From positions 142,910,001 through 142,974,000 of the forward strand of contig OZ038378.1 of NCBI GenBank assembly GCA_964036045.1: a stretch of DNA of 64,000 bases, given 5' to 3'. Numbering within the stretch: the first letter of the stretch is position 1; each line of letters opens with the position of its first letter. Position numbers and translations under genes: made by a program. A model generated the notes under the pieces. The model did no database searches, had not been told where the DNA came from, and worked only from the letters and a program-made list of their open reading frames with translations. This DNA comes from Eutreptiella sp. 'Long Island Sound 2002'. Its lineage: Eukaryota > Protista > Euglenida. This document shows, piece by piece, positions 11,201-25,059 of the stretch.

Positions 11201-14200
11201 GCAAGCACATCACTTTCACCAACTAGCTACGCCATCTGCCGGTGCCTCCAGTGCCCCCCTGGCACCTCCTTAGCCCAGCCCAATGCCCCCGGATTTTATG
11301 TGTAGACGTCCTGTGCCCCATTTCATTGAAACCGGAGCATCACCCCAGTCATCATGTCAACGGGGAAGGGCCATGTACGATGCGGGTATGAAATTTATTT
11401 CTATACGCCTTGGACGAGGAAAATCTGTTTAATGAGACACTTTTTGGCTTGAGGCGTGCCGTGATTCAATATTCTTTTGAATGCGACGGAAACAGACTGG
11501 GTTGACCGTAGCACAACGTGCCTCGTCAAACTCAAGATCATCACCCACTCCCCAAACTCCAACAGGTCAATGTGTCGGCCAATCCATCATCTCTTCTTGT
11601 ACCCGTTGATGACCACCTGCTTAAACGGACACCCAACCATCTTGCTAAGATCCATAGCGAGCAGCAGGACCAGGGTGGGCACCCGAAACCATGTGTTGTC
11701 GTTATTGTGCTCCGCTACATGGTAGCCTTCTCCTTTTACCACCATTCCCCTTCTCCTCCCCTTGTTACTCATCATCACGGCATCGGCCCTCTGATATGCA
11801 GCCCGGGATGGACCAGTAGTGGCTGACAATGACAATGGTGTGTGCCAATGCCGTTGAAGGTATGGGATTTGCAGAATCCATCCACCCGCCCCATTGTTGG
11901 TTTGTGGCAAGGGCAAGAAGTAGAAACGAGGATTAAAGGAGAGGGCTGAAACTGAGTGTTTGTGTTCGGCATGAATAGTGTTGGGCCATGCATGCCGGGG
12001 AATTACCCGTGCGGAACATAAATGCGTCGCATTTGGGAGGCCACAAATGTAATCTCTGTGGGCCATTCGTCAACAACCCATGAATGGGCCGGCAAAGACG
12101 TTGTCACCTCTGTGTACCCCGCTTGGCTAATATGCATGGAACTTCGCAAAAGCTTGTGATGCCCCAAGAATACACAATGGAATCATGACATATTGCATGG
12201 CCACCCATTGCGAGGCTAAGAGCTGTCATTTCGCCCACAAACACACTTATGTTGTGTAGTCTCTTACATTTGACCCACTGGTTGGTGATGCGGTGAACGA
12301 AGTTCCCCGCGGGCTCCCATTGTTCCCCACCATGGCCTTGAAGCTTACCGCTCCACTTCATTACTTCATACCGCCCGGTATTGAACGCCGGCAGTCGAGT
12401 AATGCACTCAAAGACCCAGTGGTCGTCCTCAACAAAGACGAGTAGCAGGACCAGGGTGGGCGCCCGAAACCATGTGTCATCATTATTGTGCTCCGATGTA
12501 GGCTGGTACGCCGTGCGGGGAGGGAGCGGGAGCGCCGCCGTTTGCGGGACCGGGCCTCGTCGCTTGAGTCGGGCCAGTCAGGAGGTGTCGGCGGGTCTTG
12601 GGGGGCCTCGCGTGGTGCCGGCTGGTACTGGGGGGGGGGGGGGGAAGTCCCCCGCCCTCCATTGATCCGCCACGTAGGGGTGCGGTGGCGGCAGCGGCTG
12701 GTGGTACGGGTCGAGTGACTGTCCCTGGTGGGGTTGGGCCCGGGGGGCCCCTTCGGCGTGGACGTGGTGGCCGGGGGGATACGGTGCCTGGTACGGGGGG
12801 GGTGGCTCCTGGTGGTAGGTTGGGTAAGGGGGTGGAGCGCCTGGTGGCTGCCATCCCATACGCTTCCCTTCTTCTTTTAGCACCATGCCCCCTCTCCTCC
12901 TTTCGTTACCCATCATCATGGCATTAGCCCTCTGATAAGCAGCCCGGGCTGGACCAGTAGTGGCTTACACGAGCGGTGTTCGAAGGTTGCGCCTGGGGGA
13001 CTACGCAACCGCGGGCATTTTTTTTGCATCAGAATTCCTAACTGCGGTTTCATTGGTCACCTTCCCCGCGCCCCCCAATCCACGGTGTGACTTTAGGGTA
13101 GTCTCCGGTGCCGCGGCATTGTTTGAACAAGCTGCTAAGAAAAAAGAGGTTTCGGCCTGCTAACTCCTTGGGTTGGCACCCCATTACCACACTTGGCTGT
13201 GCCACATCCCCATCCGGACTACTACCACCCTGCTTTGTAGCCACACCTTTGCCGTACCATAGGTGCGCATCACGGTTATAGCAGGAGGGTGAAGGACCCA
13301 CAGAGCCCAATCCGGACCCACAGCTCTCGCCCCCCCCCCAAAAGTGGACACCCTGGGCCTGCAATTGAAAAGACAAGTTGAGGGCCCCACATACAAGTAG
13401 TGACGCATTGTTAGTTATGTAGACTGTTACAGCGCAAATGTTCAAGTAGTGTTGTGTAGGTTAATCGCAATGCATGACATAGCGTTTCATAAGAGCCACT
13501 AACTATTTCGGGTGTTGTCATGTGTGAGCCCAACAAACAGATTTCTTCGCTGCAAGCACATCACTTTCACCAACTAGCTACGCCATACGCCGGTGCCTCC
13601 AGTGCCCCCCTGGCACCTCCTTAGCCCAGCCCAATGCCCCCGGATTTTATGTGTAGACGTCCTGTGCCCCATTTCATTGAAACCGGAGCATCACCCCAGT
13701 CATCATGTCAACGGGGAAGGGCCATGTACGATGCGGGTATGAAATTTATTTCTATACGCCTTGGACGAGGAAAATCTGTTTAATCAGACACTTTTTGGCT
13801 TGAGGCGTGCCGTGATTCAATATTCTTTTGAATGCGACGGAAACAGACTGGGTTGACCGTAGCACAACGTGCCTCGTCAAACTCAAGATCATCACCCACT
13901 CCCCAAACTCCAACAGGTCAATGTGTCGGCCAATCCATCATCTCTTCTTGTACCCGTTGATGACCACCTGCTTAAACGGACACCCAACCATCTTGCTAAG
14001 ATCCATAGCGAGCAGCAGGACCAGGGTGGGCACCCGAAACCATGTGTTGTCGTTATTGTGCTCCGCTACATGGTAGCCTTCTCCTTTTACCACCATTCCC
14101 CTTCTCCTCCCCTTGTTACTCATCATCACGGCATCGGCCCTCTGATATGCAGCCCGGGATGGACCAGTAGTGGCTGACAATGACAATGGTGTGTGCCAAT

Positions 14201-16319
14201 GCCGTTGAAGGTATGGGATTTGCAGAATCCATCCACCCGCCCCATTGTTGGTTTGTGGCAAGGGCAAGAAGTAGAAACGAGGATTAAAGGAGAGGGCTGA
14301 AACTGAGTGTTTGTGTTCGGCATGAATAGTGTTGGGCCATGCATGCCGGGGAATTACCCGTGCGGAACATAAATGCGTCGCATTTGGGAGGCCACAAATG
14401 TAATCTCTGTGGGCCATTCGTCAACAACCCATGAATGGGCCGGCAAAGACGTTGTCACCTCTGTGTACCCCGCTTGGCTAATATGCATGGAACTTCGCAA
14501 AAGCTTGTGATGCCCCAAGAATACACAATGGAATCATGACATATTGCATGGCCACCCATTGCGAGGCTAAGAGCTGTCATTTCGCCCACAAACACACTTA
14601 TGTTGTGTAGTCTCTTACATTTGACCCACTGGTTGGTGATGCGGTGAACGAAGTTCCCCGCGGGCTCCCATTGTTCCCCACCATGGCCTTGAAGCTTACC
14701 GCTCCACTTCATTACTTCATACCGCCCGGTATTGAACGCCGGCAGTCGAGTAATGCACTCAAAGACCCAGTGGTCGTCCTCAACAAAGACGAGTAGCAGG
14801 ACTAGGGTGGGCGCCCGAAACCATGTGTCATCATTATTGTGCTCCGATGTAGGCTGGTGCGCCGTGCGGGGAGGGAGCGGGAGCGCCGCCGTTTGCGGGA
14901 CCGGGCCTCGTCGCTTGAGTCGGGCCAGTCAGGAGGTGTCGGCGGGTCCTGGGGGGCCTCGCGTGGTGCCGGCTGGTACTAGGGGGGGGGGGGGGGAAGT
15001 CCCCCGCCCTCCATTGATCCGCCACGTAGGGGTGCGGTGGCGGCAGCGGCTGGTGGTACGGGTCGAGTGACTGTCCCTGGTGGGGTTGGGCCCGGGGGGC
15101 CCCTTCGGCGTGGACGTGGTGGCCGGGGGGATACGGTGCCTGGTACGGGGGGGGTGGCCCCTGGTGGTAGGTGGGGTAAGGGGGTGGAGCGCCTGGTGGC
15201 TGCCATCCCATACGCTTCCCTTCTTCTTTTAGCACCATGCCCCCTCTCCTCCTTTCGTTACCCATCATCATGGCATTAGCCCTCTGATAAGCAGCCCGGG
15301 CTGGACCAGTAGTGGCTTACACGAGCGGTGTTCGAAGGTTGCGCCTGGGGGACTACGCAACCGCGGGCATTTTTTTTGCATCAGAATTCCTAACTGCGGT
15401 TTCATTGGTCACCTTCCCCGCGCCCCCCAATCCACGGTGTGACTTTAGGGTAGTCTTCGGTGCCGCGGCATTGTTTGAACAAGCTGCTAAGAAAAAAGAG
15501 GTTTCCGCCTGCTAACTCCTTGGGTTGGCACCCCATTACCACACTTGGCTGTGCCACATCCCCATCCGGACTACTACCGCCCTGCTTTGTAGCCACACCT
15601 TTGCCGTACCATAGGTGCGCATCACGGTTATAGCAGGAGGGTGAAGGACCCACAGAGCCCAATCCGGACCCACAGCTCTCGCCCCCCCCAAAAGTGGACA
15701 CCCTGGGCCTGCAATTGAAAAGACAAGTTGAGGGCCCCACATACAAGTAGTGACGCATTGTTAGTTATGTAGACTGTTACAGCGCAAATGTTCAAGTAGT
15801 GTTGTGTAGGTTAATCGCAATGCATGACATAGCGTTTCATAAGAGCCACTAACTATTTCGGGTGTTGTCATGTGTGAGCCCAACAAACAGATTTCTTCGC
15901 TGCAAGCACATTACTTTCACCAACTAGCTACGCCATCTGCCGGTGCCTCCAGTGCCCCCTTGGCACCTCCTTAGCCCAGCCCAATGCCCCCGGATTTTAT
16001 GTGTAGACGTCCTGTGCCCCATTTCATTGAAACCGGAGCATCACCTCAGTCATCATGTCAACGGGGAAGGGCCATGTACGATGCGGGTATGAAATTTATT
16101 TCTATACGCCTTGGACGAGGAAAATCTGTTTAATGAGACACTTTTTGGCTTGAGGCGTGCCGTGATTCAATATTCTTTTGAATGCGACGGAAACAGACTG
16201 GGTTGACAACGACCTGTTTCATTTTGGCGCATGGGGCACTAGGCGACCTCGGGCCTCTTTGCGCATGAGAGTCGGTCAATGCCTTTTCATTTTTGACATT
16301 CGCACTGCCTTCTATGCGT

Positions 16320-16700
16320 GGGGTGCCTTCACCGTGGTAATCGGTCAACACGGCATTGTATAATCAAGACGCCCCGAAAAAAGGGATACCGACCTGTACG
16401 CCCGCACGGCGGCCACCCCTTGGCCACCCTTGGTTGTAACAAAGTCCCATCCCCTTCACTACGGCCCTGCTTTGCGGCCATCCCTTTCGCCGTACCATAG
16501 ATACACATTGCAGTTTTATGAGGAGCGTGAAAAACCCACACAGCCCAATGTGCACGCCCGATTGCAGATGTGCCCAAAACGTGGCAGAGTGCGCCAACGA
16601 CAACACTAGTGGGGGGGCCCACATACAAATATGGAGGCGTTGTTATGTATATAGATTGTTACAGCACAAATGCCACAACATTGCTGTGTACTTTAACCCC
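16320..16700 (-). repeat. Old diverged paralog of the unit segment 8400-8770 (15430-15810 in unit 4)
   Basis: Colinear shared blocks GCCGTACCATAG, ACCCACA.AGCCCAAT, CCCACATACAA and GTTACAGC.CAAATG. Shared peptide YGTAKG.A.KQG.S..DG...QP.V..G. Confidence 0.75.
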
Positions 16701-18189
16701 AATGCTTCGCGCCATTGGGTTTCCCATGGCCCTTGCCCTCACCCACTCTTAATGCCCTTTCAACCAAGTCCGTCTGTCTTCAATTTCACGCTCATGACAT
16801 GCATTTCCTTAAGCCACCATGGCTTGAAACCACACCATGGGGAATTGCACAGGCGTCCAACAATCGGACCTAATTAGAGGTACTAAAATTCAACAAAGGG
16901 ACATACAAACACCCTCAAATCCCAAATCCACCCATGGTGCACGGTTATTCCCGAAGCGGAATGGAAATAAGGGCACCGCCTGCTCATGCATCCACTGCCG
17001 CATGCTTCTCTGTAGACGTTGAACCCCTGAGAGTAGTGCAGGTGCCCCTTGTGCATAAACTACGTGCACGCAAGTTGTGCGATGCACGTACCGCCAATCG
17101 CCACGCCTAGATATTGCCGTAGTACCATTTTCCTTTCTCCAAATAGATTGTTATCAAATAGTTCGTATGTTGCATAGCCCGGCATGTGTTCAGACCTTTA
17201 GATGCAAAAAGGGACATCTTTTCACACGCCCTAGACAAAGGATTGTGTCATGTAAAGTACCCCAATCTACAAAACCCCTCGGGACTTTTCGGGTATCACG
17301 TAAAAGTCCGCATTTTACGTGTTTTCGCGCCCACTGGCGCCAATTCGCTACGGTTGTTTCTATATCGTTCAGGTGATCATGCTTTCTGCTCGGCCTTTAT
17401 TCAAAACCCGGCGGCCTGGAGGTGCCACTGTCAACGCTAGCTCAAAATTTTATCATGTGGAAGTGCCGATCTGTGGTCTCTTGTACTTGTTTAAAGGTTT
17501 AATGCTAATGTAGGAAGATTAAACTACCGTAGAAGTTAGTACGTGAAAGGGGAGTGACTTCACTTAGCGGGGAAAAAAGTGTTTGGGGATAAAGATTTGC
17601 GCAAGAAGGTCATTAAATGACTATTTGTGACACTTTAAAAGAAGCATTTGCGAAACCTAAGATCGGTATAAAAGGATGATATATAGGTCGATTCCCAAAG
17701 GATTCAAGCGATTTCTAGGAGGATTTAGGGTAGATTTCTACTAGGAAAAAAGCTGATTTGGTTTTGTGTATGGGGAGATTTGTGTGATGTCCAAAGCAAT
17801 TTTTTGATCGTTTTTTAGGAGGAGAATGACACAAAGCATCCCCGTCCGGTGAAGTCACATTGTTGTTTGGCACTAAATTCAGTTTGTGAGGGTTGCATGA
17901 CTGCAAAGCAGAGTCCAATTATTTGCAAGACAATGACGAGCATAACGCGACAATGGCAAAAACAAAGCAAATGGAAGCCATAACTCAGAAAATTGGGGAC
18001 TCGTGGGGGAGGTGACCCAGCCTATAGGGTGTACGGTTCGCTATTCTCTCCAACCGATAGTTTCATTCAAAGTTTGATTGAAAGAATTGCCAACCAGACG
18101 GGTCGGGAGATGACCGCTACAATTGATTGGTGGAGGTTGACTGATTGCAAAATGAGAGGCTTGAAGGGTGGGCTCCAGCTGTATAGGTG

Positions 18190-18700
18190 GTGGTTATCGA
18201 AGCTGGTGGTATGAGTTGTTGTTATTTCAGTATTCATAGTACTTATAGTGGTAATAGTAGTTGCTATCGTTGCTATACTTGTTCCTCTTGGTGTTTTTGT
18301 CGCTGTGGTTGTGGTTGTGGTTGTAATGCCGTTGTTGTGATTGTTGTCGTTGCACTATGGCATGTGGTTGTTGGAGATGTTTTGCTTGTTATGCCCCTTG
18401 GTTGCCCCCTTCATTTGGAATTTTGGGTCGTTGTGTGGGTGGCTGCGTTCATTTTGTTCGTTGTTGTGTCGCTCATTCCTCTCGTTATTCTTGTGTTCTT
18501 CTTTACTGGTTTGTGCAGGGTTTTTTGGGTTTTGCCCCCTGTGTGGCCTCTTGGGCTTCGACGTGGCGTTGTTGTTCCATGCTCCGTTCAGTGTTCACCT
18601 TTTTGTCCTTGTGCTTCCAACACGCATGGTCCTTCAGGCTCTTCCGCCTCCGATTTTGTATCTGTTTGGGTTTGTCTCTGTTGTGTGCTTCTTTCCACAA
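18190..18700. repeat. (GTT/GTG)-rich low-complexity region, possibly a decayed gag-like linker on the minus strand
   Basis: Dense gtt/gtg triplets; the minus strand reads N/T/Q-rich. No intact ORF. Confidence 0.3.
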
Positions 18701-19049
18701 GCGCGCTTACACTTCTCCCACCCTATGGTAGCCTGCCTGACCATGTCATAGAGCCTCTTAAACAACATTACCCCCATGGCACTAAACCCACGGGCAGCTT
18801 TTGCTGACGATCCATAGAGATTCGTAGTGCACTTGTCTATTGCTTTGGCTTGTGTCGGTCACTCAACATAATGCAAAGCAACACGGAGGTGGCAAACACG
18901 AACGCAATAGAAAAGCGACACGAGGCATCATCTTCTGGCTAGGAACGATGAGGTAGCGGGGCATCACTGCTCCTCATCATGCATACTATTGTAGAACCAT
19001 CTCTACATGCGGTATTTTGCTGGAAGTCACACTAGGAACACTGGAACAT

Positions 19050-19570
19050 GGGTGCTATGGGACCTCTCTAGAGGACAGTGAGTACCGTAGGGACTGTTCG
19101 CAGGGCGCCATTCACCATCAGGAGAAAACTGCAGGGAAAGGGAGGAATGGGCAGGGTCAAATGCATTACATGCTAGCTCGAAAGGGGCAATATTTTCGGC
19201 TCGCATGAGAGCTGCAAACTTTTATTGGAACCTGGCATATTCTATTTTCACGAGAAGAAGGAAACCTTTCACAAGATTATAAAAACGTGTTTCCCGAGAC
19301 TTGCGGTACTGGTTGGCTTTCTTACACACACCGGGTACGTATGAACGAAGCTTTTCCGCGGCATGAGGCGCTAATGTGGAAGGCAGTTGGTGGTGGGCTG
19401 GGATATGGGAACCACCATCCCGGACACAGAAATTCGAGTATTTCACTGTCATAGTAGGTTGCATCCCGTGTAATGAAGCTAGGAAGCTAGTAAGCACTAG
19501 TGTGAAGGCGCACCTTGGCCGTTTGAGGCACTTCAAGGCTCCTCTCCAATCCCATGAAGTACACACATGC
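19050..19570 (-). pseudogene. Remnant N-terminal region of a MULE-like (DUF6729-type) transposase
   Basis: Peptides RFYNLVKGFLLL and, across a frameshift, AFDPAHSS.FPAVFS parallel the FPFLLTPK region at ~23390. Confidence 0.35.
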
Positions 19571-22500
19571 CAGGATGCACCAAAAACAAATTATTCTACT
19601 CATCGCGCACACAAGCATGGACTACGCAAAGTGTGTCCCGGAGCTCAACTATTACCTCTCCTTCAACATGCGGAAGTTCATTGTGGTGATGCTGAGGCAC
19701 ACCAAAAATCTCATATCCGTACGGAGCGTCAATCGTTGAGGTTTGGTCATGCGACCAAAGATCATATTCCTTTATGGTTAGTAGCGGCTAATCCACTGGG
19801 TGTAGGTAACCTAATTTGCCCCCCAAATACCCTTGGGTATATTGACAATTTTCTTTTTTTTTAATGGGTTCCTTGGGGAACAAGTTGTCACCAAGCCTTC
19901 CCCCACTGGTGTTGGTGTACCCCAAGTGCAATTGGGTGTGGCGCGGAGTGTTGCCAATAAGAGGGTGGTGTTCCCCTCGGAATCACACTAGAGAGGGTAA
20001 TTTGGTCCCAGTAGTGTAACAACCATTAACCGAGGTAATCAAGTTCTTCATCCGCAAATTTCAATGGCTGGTTGTTGCCTAAGGTGTCATACTTGCTCCA
20101 TTCCACTGTTTAAGGCGATTGCGCATGGTTTTCTGTTTCCTATCAAGTTGCCTGTGCTCTTTTCTAATCATATGGGCCCCACAACCCTCATTCTCCCGAT
20201 GGCTTGATCACACCACACACATGTCATGCTCCCCTTGCCTAGCTTGGCCCCTGTGCAATGCCAAATGAATGCTGTAGATCTTCATGACATCGCTTCTTTT
20301 TTTAAGCACCATTTTCTCTCCATGTGGGGATGGCCGGTATGCTTGGTACACAGTGTCTGCATGACAGTGCCCTGCGAACAATCATGAGTAGAGAAACAAC
20401 ATGGGCCCCAAGACCTGAAATGTGCCGCCATTGTGAACAACACAAGGAGATGAACCTCAAGTACATGAACACGATGTTGAGTTTGCGCTTTCCGATTCTT
20501 GTGCCATGTGGCAGAACCATGGCAGCTACGTACAACAACACCACACGAGGCGCAATTGTACCGAGTGCGCCCATTACACACCACACGTGCTGTCAACAAG
20601 CATAGGCATGCGCGCGTTCTTTGGTTTGCAAACATTCGATTCGAATAGATCCCATTGGAAATCCTGTTTCGCAATATTATAGACTTTCATTGACCGAATA
20701 GGTACAACTCGGGGGGATCTTTTGTTACGGCAAGGGTATCTCAAAAATGAAAGTCACCTCACAGAGGTTGTTACATCAAAGCCAGGCAGACGTATGAATA
20801 GGAAAACACCACGTACCCCCTCCTTTTGGGCCTTTTTGGGCCTATCCGCGTACCCTACCCCGAGGGGCTGAATTGTTTGTTAACCCCTTGTAAAATCATT
20901 CTCTTGTTGAATAAACACATCCCCCAATGAGTTTTTGGTCCGGACCCCATAGACCCCCCTCACTTGAAACCCACTTTTTTTGAGGTGGCGGGGTTCCAAA
21001 CAATGACCCTCCCCCTTTTCTGGGTCGCAGATCATGACTCTTCTGGTTTTTCATCGATTTTGAGGTGAAAAAGTGTTTTCGGGTCCCGCCTCCGTGGGGT
21101 TTGTGTGGGGCGGAGTGGGACGAGCGTTGGTGCAGTTAATGCTCTTTTTAGCCATTTTTGCTAACTTTTCTTAGGGCCGGTCACAACTCGTGTCAAAGAC
21201 GCGAAATGAATGTTTCGACCAATAATGGCTTACATGAGTGATAGGGGTGGTGCACAACCCGCTCATGCCAATTTATATATTTTCAATGGTCAATATAATT
21301 TTTTTCTCGCCCTATCACCGTGCCGACGCTCAGAACATTAAGAGCAGAATTACCAGCCCAATAGAGGGTTGTATGGAGTTCTTTGTGGAATTGCTAGTAT
21401 CATGCATCACACTCGGTGAATGAGGATTTCATAAGTAGGTTACATTGGGGTCACTTCAGTCCACCGGTGTCAAAAATGGGTCAATCTTCTTCCCCTTGGG
21501 ATTGGTGTGCGGCAAGCCGAGGGGTGAGGGAGTCTTTCTCCCGGTTGTAGTACCACAGGCTATCTGCCCGCTCTTGGCACCCTATACTACATACAACCGC
21601 GAACGAAAATCGTGATTCCGTGCTGTAGCTTCCAAGCATAGTATCATAACTGCCCGCAAAGCATTATGGTACCACAGGGCACACTGCACAGGCCTGGTTG
21701 TAATGGTTATCCTAATCAAAGCAGCCCGGCCAAATTGGTGACGAGGCCATGGACTCCTGCCCCACGAAATTGAGCATAAGCACGTAGACGTCTCTCGGCA
21801 GATGCCAACCCAATGGCTCCACACAATCTTCAGACTTCGTGAAGATGACAGTTTCGGTATTGAGGTCTGAAGCGTCAATCATTGGTAACTTGTTCATTGA
21901 CATTCCGAATGAAATGAACCTAAGGGCTTTAATGACGGAAACTCAATTGGTGAATGTGGAAACTCACCTTTCACTGAGAGGGAGGGGTTTGTATAACCCT
22001 AAACTCTAGGAGGGATGGAGGGAGGCCGTGTACTTAAAAACTCACCTTTTTCATGGAAAGTCACTTTTTACCATAAAATGGCACATATTCTGTGTCTGTA
22101 CTGGTTATATCAGTTGTTAATTGGGTAATGAATACCACTATTCCGGGCGCATTGTGGCCGTCCCGTTAAGCGTTTGGTCCCGCCTCTGCTAGGTTTGGAG
22201 TTTGTTAACTCCCTCCCTCCCTCCTCAGCTTTGGGATTATATACTTTACCTTTGCCTTGAGGAGACTAACATGTTGGATGCATGAAAGCAAACAAAGGGG
22301 TGGGTTGAGGGTTGAGGGTTCCTGCGCGCCTTACTAACACCCTTGGGTAGCCTCGAACCGTACTGAGAACGAGTACCACCCTCTCCGTACACTTGACTAC
22401 TTTGTCATGGGGGTACATTGCATAAACCCACTAGTGCCTTTCCATACCTCCGGTGCCTTTTTTATGTTTTGCGATTGAGGGATGAGTCAAACACCAAAGA

Positions 22501-22789
22501 TAATTGTCAGATGATTGGTGGTGCCTAAGCTGAAACATCTTGTCCACAAGATTGAAATCTTTGTCGGGGGCAAGTAGGTAAACTTGTCAATTCTTTATTT
22601 GTGCATCCCTTGTTTCTTCATCTTTCAAAGAAATCAGAACACATCACCAAACTCCGATTTTTCGTAAAGCAACTTACCTACGAAACGATTCCGCCCAGGC
22701 TCTTGAGAACACATTGCGGATATTCTTGTTCCCATTCTTTGAGTGCAGCATGAACCAATTCTTGGTCCATTGCTTAGTTCCCACTAAGC

Positions 22790-23590
22790 CCTACGAGTGA
22801 GGAACCCGTTGTTTACAATGGAAGGTGTCAAGATAAACCTTTATGCCGCGTTCAAAGGAGGACTCCAGCATCCGCCGATCCCTGCAACATTGGTCGGTGA
22901 ACAACACCTTGACACGCGAATGCCGATCTTTTATCTCCTCCAATAGTGGCTTGACCGTGGTGTGCTTGGTATTTGCAGAAAAATTGCCACGCCGCAACCA
23001 ACCCATCCTCCTGTAGGACCGTAAAACGGGCAGTGTATTGGGTGAACCACCACCGACCATCTTCCGGTGTGTAACAGATGTCACCAACGGACTGAAACGT
23101 CCGGTTGATACGTAAAACATCGTAAAATATTCGCAATGACTTTTGAAATGCGACCGAAGGGTACCCTCAATCAAGTTGTGCTACGTTAATGAGGTCCGCA
23201 TCCAATCAACGTAACTGGGTGTTTCAACCCTTGGCTCTGAACAACGCCTCGTCGCTAATGCACGTTGTTGCTCCAATGTCTTAAAACCTGCATGGTAACG
23301 ATCTGCAAGTCTTGCCTCTACATTATGAAGAGATTTCCCGGCAACTATGTTTCCATTTCTTTCTTGGACCATATCCATGCTAAAGCCCTCTTTAGGGGTC
23401 AACAGGAAGGGAAAGTAGTTGTTTGCGTTTTCATCCAGCTCCAACAATCCGGATATGGACTCATAATTGTGTTAGCACTTGTAGTCACATATGCAAACGG
23501 GTTTGAAAGAGGTTTGTTACAAAGATTTTGCTTGTTACCGTCGTAACGGCACACATGCTTATAATAGTATGATTTCAATAGCAAAACATG
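22790..23590 (-). pseudogene. MULE-like (DUF6729-type) DDE transposase remnant
   Basis: Ordered motifs FPFLLTPK, LRINRTFQSV, FTVLQEDGLVAAW, VLFTDQCCRD and VYLDTFHCKQR, with frameshifts. Confidence 0.7.
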
Positions 23591-24032
23591 ATCTACATGA
23601 AATGGAGGTTAATGAAATGCCCTCAGTCACATACTCAAACTTGCGCTTTCGATCCTGAAGTGACGACCCCGAGTGACGTACTCACATTGCTCATTTGTGT
23701 CTTGGGGATAGATAAACCAACCGGAGCCCCTCGCAGGAGGTGCTGAACCGACATCAGCTGTTGTTGACTGCGATCTTGCAATACAGGCTCGGTAGCATGG
23801 GGTGCCTCACGTCAACGCATTATGACCACATTGTTACGAAAGGGGGAAGAGGGTGATTGTGTTTCGGGTCGATCGGACTCGGGATTGCGCGGGTTGAATC
23901 ATTGACTTTTAAAATTTTTGAGTGAGACAACATAGCACTTTCTAGAAATGCGAACACAACGGCCCTTCCATGTGTCAGTCACTCGTTATGGCCACAATAC
24001 CATGTAATGTAATGATCCTGTTATCTTGCCCT

Positions 24033-24170
24033 CCCGGGGGGGGGGGGCGACTTCGCGGGACCTAGGACGCCACTACCCCCCCCCCCCAAGGGGCCTCCGG
24101 CCAACAATTAGTTGGGGGGGGGGGGTAGTTGGCGTCGAGAACCGAGGGGTCACCCCCCCCCCCCCCCGGG
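24033..24170. mobile_element. 138-bp foldback MITE with 8-bp target-site duplication CTTGCCCT
   Basis: TSD at 24025-24032 and 24171-24178. TIR CCC(G)12CGAC / GTCA(C)15GGG. Inner inverted repeat GACGCCACTA(C)nAA / TT(G)nTAGTTGGCGTC. Confidence 0.85.
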
Positions 24171-25059
24171 CTTGCCCTTTGTTGGCCATGGTGTCTCTCT
24201 CGAATACTATTCTCTACGCTAGGGCTATCGGAACAAAGACGCCCCCGAACCAGCTTCGCCCACATGGTGGCTTCCTAATCATCACGATGTGACCATTGGT
24301 GCCACCAGCTCCCACCCCTCTAGCTTTAGCAACACCACCTCAAACTTCCTCCAGTTGACAGTGTGCAAGCTCATCCAACCAACCTGCCACCACTTCTAGC
24401 CCATGTTGAGCCTCACTTTCGGTACAACTCAGTAGCGTGGCATTGTCGACCAGTCCCATAGTACACAACATGTACATCAGACCCCCCCCCCCCCCGGACC
24501 CTCAACCCAAGCCCCTCCGTAGCAACCTCGAATTGGATCGGGAGAATGTGAATCATGTAAGAAAACGAGGTCCAACCCCCCCCCTTTTTACTATAAGCCC
24601 CCACTCGGATTTTTCCTCACACAGCCTGTATGCTGTCCAGACATGTGTGACCATGGGATCGTACAATTGCAACAACCTGCTCGGCATAAACATCTAGCTC
24701 AGAACTTCCTGCGGTGTATGTCTCACCATGTCGTCGTAAGCCTGCGCTATGTCCAACACCTCCAGCACCACCATGCCCCCCCCCCCCCCCCTTAAGTGTT
24801 GAGCCACCTCCCCCTACACGAACATTCGAAGCAACACATTGGACGCCCTGCTCTACCCTTCGAATCGGCGGTGGCCCTAAGCCGCGTTGTTGTGCCGCGC
24901 CTCAACTTTGTTGTTTACCACCTTGGTTCGCACTCTTACGAATCCTGACATTATCTTAATTGGGCGGGTGTCCTTGTTCCTGATTCCTGTTCACGAAGAG
25001 GTGTACTACCCTTAGCAGCTCACGTGGCTCTTCCTTCCGGGGGCGTGTTCATCAGATCA

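Larger units (their letters stand above)
6826..16207. repeat. Tandem array of four near-identical ~2.35-kb units (6826-9174, 9175-11506, 11507-13857, 13858-16207)
   Basis: Unit start CGTAGCACAACGTGCCTCG recurs at 6826, 9175, 11507 and 13858. Lengths are 2349, 2332, 2351 and 2350. Unit 2 lacks ATGAATAGTGTTGGGCCAT (19 bp). Confidence 0.97.
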
